64,000 nucleotides of DNA from an uncultured Faecalitalea sp. GTDB lineage: Bacteria > Bacillota_I > Bacilli_A > Erysipelotrichales > Erysipelotrichaceae. The notes beneath the pieces are model-generated. The model was not told where the DNA came from and did no database searches. It saw only the letters and a program-made list of their open reading frames with translations. The stretch's first letter is position 1, and each line of letters opens with the position of its first letter. Below, in pieces: positions 9,238-18,714 of the stretch. Where the stretch lies: assembly GCA_946539765.1 (NCBI GenBank), contig CAMNHO010000001.1:54773-118772 (forward strand), given 5' to 3'. Position numbers and translations under genes: made by a program.

Positions 9238-10710
9238 ATGAAACAGCAGAAATCCATCAAGATGAATTTTATAATGAATGCATTGTTGACAATGTCTGCC
9301 TTTATTTTTCCATTGATCACGTTTCCGTATGTTTCAACCATTCTGACACCGACACGTTATGGTACCGTGCAGTTCGCGACATCGGTCATTTCCTACTTTA
9401 ATATGTTTGCCCAGCTGGGAATTCCAACCTATGGGATCCGGGCTGTGGCTCAGGTTCGGGACGATAAGGAGAAACTGTCAAGGACTGTACAGGAATTGTT
9501 CCTGATCAACTTTGCGATTGGATGTGTCTCCTATATTATCTTTTTTATTATGTTGGGGACCATTCCGAGAATGTCTGCCGAGAAACCTTTGTTCCTGATA
9601 ACAAGTTTGATGATCATATTCAGTTGTTTCGGAATGGAATGGCTGTATAAAGGACTGGAGCAGTATACGTATATTACGATTCGTTCTATTCTGTTTAAGT
9701 TTATTGCACTGCTGGGGATGTTTGCCCTGATCCATACCAAGGAAGACTATGTGATATACGGGGCGATTTCTATCTTTGCGGCCAGTGCATCCAATATATT
9801 GAATTTTATAAATGCACACCGCTATATTTCCTTCCGGCCGACAGGCAGCTACAATTTCAAAAAACATTTGAAAGCAGTCATGGTCTTTTTTGCGATGGCT
9901 TGTGCCACTACGGTATATACCCATCTGGATACGGTCATGCTGGGCTTTATGAAAACGGATGCTGATGTTGGTTACTATAATGCGGCTGTAAAGATCAAGA
10001 CTATATTGGTCAGTGTTGTTACATCGCTGGGAGCGGTCTTGCTGCCACGTGCTTCTTATTATATCAATCTAGGTAAGAAGGATGAATTCTTACGGATCAC
10101 AAAAAAAGCACTCAATTTTGTGTGGATCGTAGCTTTGCCGTTAACCGTTTATTTTATCTTCTTTGCCAGGGAGGGAATTTATTTTCTTTCGTCCAATGAT
10201 TTTACAGGGGCGATCGAACCGATGCAGTTGATCATGCCGACCGTCGTATTCATTGGTTTGACCAATATTATGGGAATCCAGATTTTAGTTCCGATTGGAA
10301 AGGAACGCTTTGTTCTGTATTCCGAGATTGCCGGTGCGGTGGTTGATTTTATCATTAATCTGCTGCTGATCCCGAGAATGGCCTCCAGCGGAGCAGCCAT
10401 TGGCACACTGGCTGCAGAAATAGTTGTCTGGATCGTTCAGTTTTACTACACAAAGGATATTGTGGCAGAAGTATATAAGAAGATCCATTACCGTTCATTG
10501 ATCTTGGGAATTGCTGGTGGCAGTATACTGGCCTTGCCGGTAAAACAGCTACAGTTGATAGAGAGCGTACGATGGAACAGTTTTATCGTTATTGCAATTT
10601 CAGGAATGATCTTTTTTGGAGTCTATGGACTTGTGTTGACATTGACCAAGGAACCGTTGGTCATTGAGATAGAAAATCAGATTTTCGGAAAAATAAGGAG
10701 AAAAGCATGA
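9238..10710 (+). CDS. Wzx-type oligosaccharide flippase (MOP superfamily), copy 1
   Basis: 490 aa with about 12-14 hydrophobic helices. N-terminal motif FPxITFPYVSxILxPxxYG, typical of polysaccharide biosynthesis/flippase proteins. Confidence 0.8.
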   Translation: MKQQKSIKMNFIMNALLTMSAFIFPLITFPYVSTILTPTRYGTVQFATSVISYFNMFAQLGIPTYGIRAVAQVRDDKEKLSRTVQELFLINFAIGCVSYIIFFIMLGTIPRMSAEKPLFLITSLMIIFSCFGMEWLYKGLEQYTYITIRSILFKFIALLGMFALIHTKEDYVIYGAISIFAASASNILNFINAHRYISFRPTGSYNFKKHLKAVMVFFAMACATTVYTHLDTVMLGFMKTDADVGYYNAAVKIKTILVSVVTSLGAVLLPRASYYINLGKKDEFLRITKKALNFVWIVALPLTVYFIFFAREGIYFLSSNDFTGAIEPMQLIMPTVVFIGLTNIMGIQILVPIGKERFVLYSEIAGAVVDFIINLLLIPRMASSGAAIGTLAAEIVVWIVQFYYTKDIVAEVYKKIHYRSLILGIAGGSILALPVKQLQLIESVRWNSFIVIAISGMIFFGVYGLVLTLTKEPLVIEIENQIFGKIRRKA

Positions 10711-11822
10711 AGTATGATTATTTAGTTGTAGGGACCGGATTATTCGGGTCGGTCTTTGCCCAGCAGGCAGCCAGCTATGGTAAAAAGGTATTGATAGTCG
10801 ATCGCCGAGACCATATTGCCGGAAATGTCTACACCCGGAAGGTGGAGGGAATCAATTTCCATCAATATGGAGCCCATATCTTCCATACCAACAACAAGGA
10901 AGTCTGGCAGTATGTAAACCAGTTTGCCGAATTTAACCGGTTTACCAACAGTCCGGTAGCCAATTATAAAGGAGAGCTCTATTCCATGCCTTTTAATATG
11001 TACACGTTCAATAAGATGTGGGGCGTGGTTACACCGCAGGAGGCTATGGAGAAGATCGATGAGCAGCGAAAAGAGGTACAGGGAGAACCAAAAAACCTTG
11101 AGGAACAGGCCATTTCCTTAGTCGGCCGGGATATTTATGAAAAGCTTGTTAAAGGATATACAGAGAAGCAATGGGGCCGTGACTGCAAAGATCTGCCGGC
11201 TTTCATTATCAAGCGTCTGCCGGTCCGATTCACATTCGACAATAATTATTTCAACGCTTTGTACCAGGGAATTCCTATGGGTGGTTATACCCAAATGGTG
11301 GAAAAGATGATTGCCGGTATCGAAGTGCGTTTGAATGTGGACTATCTTGAGAATAAAGAAGAGCTGGATGCTTTGGCCGATACGGTGGTATATACCGGTG
11401 CCATCGATGCTTATTTCCATTACGCACTGGGAAATCTTGAATATCGTTCGGTCCGCTTTGAAAATGAAATCCTCGATATGCCGAACTTCCAGGGAAATGC
11501 GGCCGTTAACTATACTGACCGGGAAACACCATGGACACGGATCATCGAACACAAATGGTTTGAATTCGGTAAGGATGAAGAAGGCAAGGATCTGCCGAAA
11601 ACGATCATTTCCAGAGAATACAGCAGCGAGTGGAAACCAGGCGATGAACCATATTATCCGGTCAACGATAAGAAAAACAGTGAATTATACGCAAAGTATA
11701 AAGAATTAGCAGATAAAGAAGAAAATGTCCGCTTTGGAGGAAGACTGGGAGAATACAAGTATTATGATATGGATGCAGTCATCGCATCCGCATTGGCATT
11801 CAGTAAAAAAGAGTTAGGATAG
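10707..11822 (+). CDS. glf: UDP-galactopyranose mutase
   Basis: 371 aa. N-terminal FAD fold YDYLVVGTGLFGSVFA, then GAHIFHTNN and the characteristic C-terminus GRLGEYKYYDMD. Confidence 0.95.
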   Translation: MKYDYLVVGTGLFGSVFAQQAASYGKKVLIVDRRDHIAGNVYTRKVEGINFHQYGAHIFHTNNKEVWQYVNQFAEFNRFTNSPVANYKGELYSMPFNMYTFNKMWGVVTPQEAMEKIDEQRKEVQGEPKNLEEQAISLVGRDIYEKLVKGYTEKQWGRDCKDLPAFIIKRLPVRFTFDNNYFNALYQGIPMGGYTQMVEKMIAGIEVRLNVDYLENKEELDALADTVVYTGAIDAYFHYALGNLEYRSVRFENEILDMPNFQGNAAVNYTDRETPWTRIIEHKWFEFGKDEEGKDLPKTIISREYSSEWKPGDEPYYPVNDKKNSELYAKYKELADKEENVRFGGRLGEYKYYDMDAVIASALAFSKKELG

Positions 11823-11825
11823 TAT

Positions 11826-13064
11826 ATGATGAAAAGAATAGTAGAGGGCATACAACTGGATCGGTTGAGTATGTTGGATCTATGGTATATCATTCCTTTT
11901 TCGGTATGGTTGATCCTTAGTTGTTTCAGCATATCCTTTTACTATACTTTTTTTTCTACTTATTTTGTCCTGGTCAACTGTCTATGTGCCTGGATCCTTT
12001 TGACAAGAGAGATATTTCTTCTGTCCTGGGCAAGAAAAAAGGACCTGCATGTACTGCTTCTGACGATTGTGATCATGTCGCTGTTCTTTCAAAATAAGAA
12101 TTATGTGCTGATGACACTGATCCTCATTATCTTTTGTATGCGCAATACGGATCTTAAAAAGATCGGATGGATCGTTTTTCTGATTACAGGAGCTTGTTTT
12201 CTGGCAATTGTGGTCAGTTCGAAAGTAGGAATCATTCAGGATTTTGTAGAAGCCGGAAGAAATCGTCATTATTTAGGATTTCGTTATTCTCTCTATGGAC
12301 CGACGATCTATTTTAACTTATGTGCCTTGTTGATCTATTTACGGAAAACAAAGATCCATTGGTTGACTTTGTGCCTTATGCTGGCAGGGAATATCCTCTT
12401 ATATAAGCTGACAGATGCCCGGTTATGTTTTGGGTTTACTGTCATTCTGCTTGTAATGGCAGGTATCTATAAAAAAAGTTATCATAGGCTGAAAGAATGG
12501 AACTGGATATATTGGTTGATGGCAGCTTCTTTTATCGGGTGTTTGATCGTGACCTTTGTGTTGATAAGGATCTATGATCCTTCCCATGAGATGCTGGCAA
12601 AGATCAACAGTCTTTTCGGTAACCGCCTGGGATACATAAAAGAATCCATACGCCGATACGGCTTTACCTGGCTGCCGCAGACTATACAGTGGGTAGGCAA
12701 CGGGCTGAACATGGAAGGGGTTCAGTCTGCTAAGGAATATTTGTATGTGGATAACTTTTATATTCATTATCTTCAGCAGTTCGGTGTTGTCATTTTCTCC
12801 ATCATTACGGCTATGGTCACAAAGCTGCTGGTTACATGTAAGAAATACAAAGATCTGTACCTGGCTTCCATTGTCAGCTTGTTGTGCTTACATGGAATCG
12901 TAGATGATCTGCTGTTCGCGGTGTATTATAATGCGTTCTTTATGATCAGTGTATACACATTTACCGACTCTAAAAAATTGAATATGATATATCAATGTTT
13001 GATGGTTGGATCCTATGCCTGGATCTTTTACATGATGGCCCGCTATTTTATGTTGTCAGTATGA
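11826..13064 (+). CDS. Wzy-type polysaccharide polymerase / O-antigen-ligase-like membrane protein (paralog B of 3)
   Basis: 412 aa multi-pass. Same motif blocks as 1054..2220: RHYLGFRYSLYGPTIYFNLCALLIYLRKTKI, YKLTDARLCF, GNGLNMEG, YVDNFYIHYLQQFGV, LHGIVDDLL. Confidence 0.6.
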   Translation: MMKRIVEGIQLDRLSMLDLWYIIPFSVWLILSCFSISFYYTFFSTYFVLVNCLCAWILLTREIFLLSWARKKDLHVLLLTIVIMSLFFQNKNYVLMTLILIIFCMRNTDLKKIGWIVFLITGACFLAIVVSSKVGIIQDFVEAGRNRHYLGFRYSLYGPTIYFNLCALLIYLRKTKIHWLTLCLMLAGNILLYKLTDARLCFGFTVILLVMAGIYKKSYHRLKEWNWIYWLMAASFIGCLIVTFVLIRIYDPSHEMLAKINSLFGNRLGYIKESIRRYGFTWLPQTIQWVGNGLNMEGVQSAKEYLYVDNFYIHYLQQFGVVIFSIITAMVTKLLVTCKKYKDLYLASIVSLLCLHGIVDDLLFAVYYNAFFMISVYTFTDSKKLNMIYQCLMVGSYAWIFYMMARYFMLSV

Positions 13065-13074
13065 AGGAGATACT

Positions 13075-14322
13075 ATGCTGGAAAAGATAGAAAAAAACCT
13101 ATGGGATATCTGGTTTTTGATTCCTTTCAGTATCTGGTTATGGTTTAATACATTGAATTCGACATTTTACTGTGCCGGGTATGGAGATGACTTTTTCCGT
13201 AATTTGTTATTTTGGACCGTCATCGTGTTAAGTCTGCGGGAAATCTTTATGTTGAAGAAGGTTTCCATACCACAGTTACTGGGTGCCTTGATCGTTTTGG
13301 AGATGATCATTCTTCTGTTGATGAATAATCGGATGAATATAGCAGTCCTGTTGTATATCATCTACTGCATGCGGAATACGGATTATAAAAAAGTATTGTG
13401 GGTTACGTTTGTGGTTGCCGGCATAGCCTTGTTGTATACAGTACTGTCCAGTGAGACAGGAAGGATCGAAGATTATGTTGCCGTTCAATCCGGGAATCGT
13501 GTCCGCCACTATCTTGGTTTTTTGTATGCTTTATATGCTCCGACCATTTTTCTAAATATATCTGCCATCTGGATTTATCTGCGACAGAGAAAAATCACCT
13601 GGATGGAGCTTTCTGCCATCATAGCAGGCAGTGTTGTCCTGTATCTAGCGACAAAAAGCCGTTTTGCTGTGTTGATGAATCTCTTGTTGGTGGGTCTGGC
13701 TTTTTTGTTAAAGACGTACGATGGTTTCGAGAAAAAGTGGATCTACCGTATACTTTCGTTTTCATTTATCGCTTGTACTCTCTTTAGCTTTTATGTAACA
13801 ATAAAGTATAATGATCAATATACTGTATGGGCCAAGCTGAATACTTTATTGAACAATCGTTTGTATTATGGGCAGGAATCCCTGCACCTGTATGGGATCG
13901 ATCCATTCCCGCAGGCAATCCATTTCGTAGGAGGTGGACTGTCAGCTTCCGGTGCCAAATCGTCTGCCCCTTATTTCTATGTAGATAACTTTTATATTCA
14001 TTATACACAGATGTACGGAACCCTGTTTTTTTCATTGCTGGGCTTTTGCATCACAGCTCGTCTTTGGATAAACGAGAAACGAAAGGATCTGTGGTTGTCG
14101 GCCTTGTTGTCGTTTTTCTGTATCCATGGAATTGTGGATGACTTATTATGGCCGGTTTATTATAATGCATTCTTCATGAGTGCTACATACTTGATGAATG
14201 GGCAGGATATTCACCATAAGCTTCTGCAACGGGTTGTTCGCATTCTCGTCTTTGCAACGACCGTCTGTATGGTTTATTTTATCTTGTATAGTCTGATCCA
14301 CGGCGTCAGTCTGTTTCAATAG
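13075..14322 (+). CDS. Wzy-type polysaccharide polymerase / O-antigen-ligase-like membrane protein (paralog C of 3)
   Basis: 415 aa multi-pass. Motifs RHYLGFLYALYAPTIFLNISA, NNRLYYG, YVDNFYIHYTQMYG and IHGIVDDLL. Sits directly adjacent to paralog B. Confidence 0.6.
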   Translation: MLEKIEKNLWDIWFLIPFSIWLWFNTLNSTFYCAGYGDDFFRNLLFWTVIVLSLREIFMLKKVSIPQLLGALIVLEMIILLLMNNRMNIAVLLYIIYCMRNTDYKKVLWVTFVVAGIALLYTVLSSETGRIEDYVAVQSGNRVRHYLGFLYALYAPTIFLNISAIWIYLRQRKITWMELSAIIAGSVVLYLATKSRFAVLMNLLLVGLAFLLKTYDGFEKKWIYRILSFSFIACTLFSFYVTIKYNDQYTVWAKLNTLLNNRLYYGQESLHLYGIDPFPQAIHFVGGGLSASGAKSSAPYFYVDNFYIHYTQMYGTLFFSLLGFCITARLWINEKRKDLWLSALLSFFCIHGIVDDLLWPVYYNAFFMSATYLMNGQDIHHKLLQRVVRILVFATTVCMVYFILYSLIHGVSLFQ

Positions 14323-14336
14323 GGAGGAGCAAGAAT

Positions 14337-14786
14337 ATGAAGGTTTGTCTGGTAAGTTCGTCCGGCGGACATTTAACTCAGCTATATATGTTAAAGCCTT
14401 TCTGGAAGAATAAAGAACGTTTCTGGGTCACTTTTGATAAAGTGGACGCAAGAAGTCTTTTAAAAGAAGAACGCATGATTCCTTGTTATTATCCGACCAA
14501 CCGTTCTTTAAAAGCCTTGTTGATCAATACGCGACTGGCCTTGAAAACATTACGAAAGGAAAAACCGGATCTGATCATATCTACCGGCGCGGCCATAGCA
14601 GTCCCTTTCTTCTATGTAGGAAAGCTCTTTGGTGCCAAATGTGTCTATATCGAAGTTTATGACCGTATTGATAGACCGACATTAACAGGTCGTCTGGTCC
14701 ATCCGGTGACCGACTTATTTATCGTACAGTGGAAAGAAATGGAAAAGGTATATAGGAAGGCCGTATATATCGGCAGTATATTTTAA
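14337..14786 (+). CDS. Alg14-like glycosyltransferase subunit (PssD/Cps14F type)
   Basis: 149 aa. Contains SSGGHLTQL and a STGAAIAVP motif. The size and its pairing with the following Alg13-like ORF are typical of this family. Confidence 0.8.
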   Translation: MKVCLVSSSGGHLTQLYMLKPFWKNKERFWVTFDKVDARSLLKEERMIPCYYPTNRSLKALLINTRLALKTLRKEKPDLIISTGAAIAVPFFYVGKLFGAKCVYIEVYDRIDRPTLTGRLVHPVTDLFIVQWKEMEKVYRKAVYIGSIF

Positions 14787-14800
14787 AGTGGAGAGAAGCT

Positions 14801-15295
14801 ATGATTTTTGTGACAGTGGGGACGCATGAACAGCCGTTTGATCGCTTGGTTTCGGAAATAGACCGATTAGTTGAACAAGCCTTCATTACTGAAGAAGTGA
14901 TCATACAGACAGGATTCTGTACGTATAAGCCAAAGTATTGTACCCACAGCAGGCTGTATCCTTATGAACAAATGGTGGATTTTAACCAACGAGCACGGAT
15001 CGTTATTACCCATGGTGGACCCTCTAGTTTTATTATGCCGCTGCAAATGGGAAAAATACCGATCGTGGTACCGAGGCAGAAGAGTTTTGAAGAGCATGTC
15101 AACGATCACCAGCTGTCATTTGCCCGCTATGTGGAAACACATCAAAAGAATATTATAGTCGTTGAAGACATTGCGGACCTGAAGACCGTCATTGAAAACT
15201 ATGATACGCTGACAAGGGCTATGAGCGCATCGCTTGGAAGTAATAATCAGCAGTTTAATGAAAAATTAGAGAAATTGGTCAACCGGTTATTTTAA
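14801..15295 (+). CDS. Alg13-like glycosyltransferase catalytic subunit (PssE/Cps14G type, GT28 C-terminal domain)
   Basis: 164 aa. Contains MIFVTVGTHEQPFDRL and ITHGGPSS motifs. Confidence 0.8.
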   Translation: MIFVTVGTHEQPFDRLVSEIDRLVEQAFITEEVIIQTGFCTYKPKYCTHSRLYPYEQMVDFNQRARIVITHGGPSSFIMPLQMGKIPIVVPRQKSFEEHVNDHQLSFARYVETHQKNIIVVEDIADLKTVIENYDTLTRAMSASLGSNNQQFNEKLEKLVNRLF

Positions 15296-15308
15296 GAGGT
15301 ATGAAGTT

Positions 15309-16463
15309 ATGAAAAATGTGCAGTTAAAGAAATTTTTAAAGGCAACTGTATGTAAACCTTTTTCTTTGTTGAATAAAATTGTCGGCAAACGGGATGATAT
15401 TGTACTGTTTTATTCTGCTAACGGTGGTATTGATTTCAATCTGAAACCGGTTTTTGAATATCTGCTGACACATCACTATAATCAGCATTATAAGATCTAC
15501 TGCGGGATCCGGGATATGAGCTATAAAGGTACAGAAGCCTTTCATGTGAAATACATATCCAGGCTCCGCTCTTTTTTCGTTTTACTTCGTTCGAAACATG
15601 TGTTTTATTCTGCAGGGCAGATTCCAGTCAAACCGACAAAAGACCAATGTGTCATGCATCTGACACATGGAGCGGTTTATTATAAGACGATGGGGCATTT
15701 AAGCAATATCAATAATGGAGATGAATACTTTTTTAATAAGATGATCACAACGTGTGAGCTCTTTCGTCCTATCTTGAAAAAAGCATATCTGTGCAAGGAT
15801 GAAGATATTTTCATTTGTAATGAACCAATGACAGATGTCTTTTTTCAGGATACAAAACCATATGATCTGCAGGGCTATGACAAGGTTCTGTTGTGGCTGC
15901 CGACCTTTCGCCAATCTGAAGCGTTGGGTTATGATAATTCTTCTTCTACGGATCCACTACTGATTTTTAAAGAATCAGACTATGAAAAGCTGAATGCGTT
16001 TCTGAAAGAAAAGAATATCTTGGTTATTGTCAAACTGCATCCGGCCCAGACTTTATTCAGGTACAGGGAACAGAAGTATTCACATCTGTACTTATATTCC
16101 AATACTGATTTCGTAAAAGAAGGATGGGAACTGTATCCTCTTTTAAAACAGGTGGATGCTTTGATTGGAGACTATTCATCGATTTCTCTGCAGTATTTAT
16201 TATTAAACAAGCCGATGGCTTTCGTTATTCCGGATATAGAAGATTATGCTCGACAGAGAGGGTTTGTGTTTGAAGAGCCTATGGAGTATATGCCGGGGCA
16301 TAAGATCCAAAAGAAAGAGGATTTTTATTTGTTTATTGAGGATATCGCCGGAAAAAGAGATCCATATCGAAAGGAAAGAGAGCAGATACGAGATCGTATC
16401 CATCGCTATAAGGATGGCAATGCCTGCCGGCGGATCTTAGAAATGAGCGGGATCCATGAATGA
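15309..16463 (+). CDS. TagF/TagB-family CDP-alditol (glycerol/ribitol) phosphotransferase
   Basis: 384 aa. Contains LWLPTFR, KLHP and IGDYSSISLQYLLLNKPMAF blocks, typical of the Glyphos_transf family. Confidence 0.8.
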   Translation: MKNVQLKKFLKATVCKPFSLLNKIVGKRDDIVLFYSANGGIDFNLKPVFEYLLTHHYNQHYKIYCGIRDMSYKGTEAFHVKYISRLRSFFVLLRSKHVFYSAGQIPVKPTKDQCVMHLTHGAVYYKTMGHLSNINNGDEYFFNKMITTCELFRPILKKAYLCKDEDIFICNEPMTDVFFQDTKPYDLQGYDKVLLWLPTFRQSEALGYDNSSSTDPLLIFKESDYEKLNAFLKEKNILVIVKLHPAQTLFRYREQKYSHLYLYSNTDFVKEGWELYPLLKQVDALIGDYSSISLQYLLLNKPMAFVIPDIEDYARQRGFVFEEPMEYMPGHKIQKKEDFYLFIEDIAGKRDPYRKEREQIRDRIHRYKDGNACRRILEMSGIHE

Positions 16464-16708
16464 AGACAATTTCCAGGGATTAATCCATTAGTGCAGTCTA
16501 TGTTTAGTTATAAAGATAGGTCCGCTGACCGAGTAAAATAGAATACTGGAATTGGATCCACAACATGGGGAATCCGTAACCTGTACAGTATGTATGGAAA
16601 GCTTTACTGGAAACAGGGACTGATGTATATTATTTTGACAAGGTTTATTGTTAGATAACTTGTGGCAGTGTATAGACGATATAAAAAGATCATCATTGGA
16701 GGTAAGGT

Positions 16709-17716
16709 ATGACAGTAGAAAACGATCCGGTGGATATTGTGATGACCTGGGTGGATGGCAATGATCCCGCATGGTTAAAGGAAAAAATGGCGTATTCACC
16801 TCAACATAAAACATTTAAGGCTGCTTCCAGCAATGTACGTTTTCGTGACTGGGATAATGTACAATACATATTCCGAGGCATTGAAAAGTTTATGCCCTGG
16901 GTCCATAAGGTCTATTTTGTGACATGGGGCCATGTTCCGGCATGGTTAAATACAGATTATGAAAAGCTGGTTGTGGTAAACCATAAGGATTTCATACCGG
17001 AAAAGTATTTACCTACGTTCAATACGAATGCGATCGAACTGAATTTTCACCGGATTCCGGGGTTATCGGAATGTTTTATTGATTTCAATGATGACATGTT
17101 TGTGATCGGGCCTACAAAGAAAGAAGATTTTTTTGTCGACGGAAAGCCGTGTACTACTGCTGTTCTCTCACCGTATCCGATCAATCCAAATGGAATTGCA
17201 GCATTGGAAACCAATAATATGGAAATAATCAATCAATATTTTTCTGTGAAAGATATTAAAAAGAATAAGAAAAAATGGATAAACAGGAAATATGGAAAAA
17301 AGGTATTGCGCACGCTTATTTTTATGCATTTTTCTACCATTCTGGGTATTTTTGAACCACATACCCAGCACAGCTTCAAAAAATCAACGTATGAGACAAT
17401 CTGGAAAAAGGAAGCGAAGCTTTTGGATGCAACCTCTAGTCATAAGTTTCGTACAAAGGAGGATGTGACGGACTGGTTGATTCGACATTGGCAGATCATG
17501 GAAGGTGATTTTGAACCAAGACGGATGGATTTTGAACAATTGTATACACTGCCTGATGAAGAAAAGGCTGTTTTAGAACGATTGAAGAACCCAGGTCCGG
17601 TACGTCTGATCTGTATCAATGACAGCCTGGATATCGAAGATTTCGAACGAATGAAAGAAACGATCAAGAAGGGGCTGAATGAACTGCTGCCGGAAAAGTC
17701 CGGCTTTGAACGATAG
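16709..17716 (+). CDS. Stealth-family capsular hexose-1-phosphate transferase
   Basis: 335 aa. CR1 is VDIVMTWVDGNDPAW. CR2 is VRFRDWDNVQYIFRGIEKFMPWVHKVYFVTWGHVPAWL...LPTFNTNAIELNFHRIPGLSECFIDFNDDMF. Confidence 0.85.
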   Translation: MTVENDPVDIVMTWVDGNDPAWLKEKMAYSPQHKTFKAASSNVRFRDWDNVQYIFRGIEKFMPWVHKVYFVTWGHVPAWLNTDYEKLVVVNHKDFIPEKYLPTFNTNAIELNFHRIPGLSECFIDFNDDMFVIGPTKKEDFFVDGKPCTTAVLSPYPINPNGIAALETNNMEIINQYFSVKDIKKNKKKWINRKYGKKVLRTLIFMHFSTILGIFEPHTQHSFKKSTYETIWKKEAKLLDATSSHKFRTKEDVTDWLIRHWQIMEGDFEPRRMDFEQLYTLPDEEKAVLERLKNPGPVRLICINDSLDIEDFERMKETIKKGLNELLPEKSGFER

Positions 17717-17727
17717 AAAGAGGTGCC

Positions 17728-18693
17728 ATGAAAACATCTGTCATAATCCCTGTCTATAATGGGGAAAAACATTTACATTCCTGTTTCCAGAGAATGGAAC
17801 AGCAGACAACACAAGATTTTGAAATGATCTATGTCGATGACGGATCCACGGACGGCACGGCCAATCTTCTGGATACGTATGCACTGGACAAGAAAAATGT
17901 TTCTGTGATCCATCAGAAGAATAAAGGCGTTTCCGGGGCCCGAAATACGGGATTGGAACATGTACATGGAGAGTACGTGATGTTCTTTGATGTGGATGAT
18001 ACCTGGGATCGGCATATGATCGAAGATATGACGTGCCTTATGGAAAGAACGAAGGGTACATTGGGTATCTGCGGTTATCAGGAAAAAGAAGATACTGTCA
18101 CATTTACGTTTCGTCCATCGCAGAAAAGATATTCGCAGGCAGACCTGATCGAACATATTTTAAAACGGCATGACATTCACTGCAGTCTCTGGAATAAGAT
18201 TTTTAGTGTCCGAAAGATACGAACGCATGCTATTCGTTTTGATGAAAGTATATCCATTGGGGAGGATATGTTGTTCTTGCTGCAGTACTGTTCCTATGTA
18301 GATACAGCGTTTGCGCTCAAAGCGTGCTACTATACTTACCAGAAAAATATAGATAGCGCGATGTTTTCCTTTAAAAAGGAAAAAAGCTTTCAAGAGAGCT
18401 GGCTGACGGAATGGGATGCCATTAGAAAAGCAGAATACGTATTAGATACGATGGGGTATCCATTATCCTTTCTATTGGAAAAGAAAGTCAATGTAGCCAA
18501 TAAGATCTTATATTTGATGGGTGTCTTTCATTATAAAGATCCGCGAATGGAAAAGGAACTGGTATATACCATTCGTCAACATTGGAAAGCATATATGAAA
18601 ACCAATTTGTCTTTAGTGCGAAAAGGCAGCATTACACTCAATGCCATCTCGCCACGAATGTGTCGCTGGATCAAAACGATCCGGGATCGATAA
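17728..18693 (+). CDS. Family 2 glycosyltransferase
   Basis: 321 aa. Contains SVIIPVYNGEKHL, YVDDGSTDGT and a DVDD motif. Confidence 0.85.
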   Translation: MKTSVIIPVYNGEKHLHSCFQRMEQQTTQDFEMIYVDDGSTDGTANLLDTYALDKKNVSVIHQKNKGVSGARNTGLEHVHGEYVMFFDVDDTWDRHMIEDMTCLMERTKGTLGICGYQEKEDTVTFTFRPSQKRYSQADLIEHILKRHDIHCSLWNKIFSVRKIRTHAIRFDESISIGEDMLFLLQYCSYVDTAFALKACYYTYQKNIDSAMFSFKKEKSFQESWLTEWDAIRKAEYVLDTMGYPLSFLLEKKVNVANKILYLMGVFHYKDPRMEKELVYTIRQHWKAYMKTNLSLVRKGSITLNAISPRMCRWIKTIRDR

Positions 18694-18714
18694 TAAAGGA
18701 AGGAGCGATTCTCA

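Noticed and set aside
16488-16814. 108-aa minus-strand ORF spanning the 245-bp gap and the start of the Stealth gene
   Set aside because: It overlaps the strongly supported Stealth CDS on the opposite strand. It has no SD and no recognisable motifs, and its composition is Ser/Pro/Cys-rich, typical of antisense shadow ORFs.
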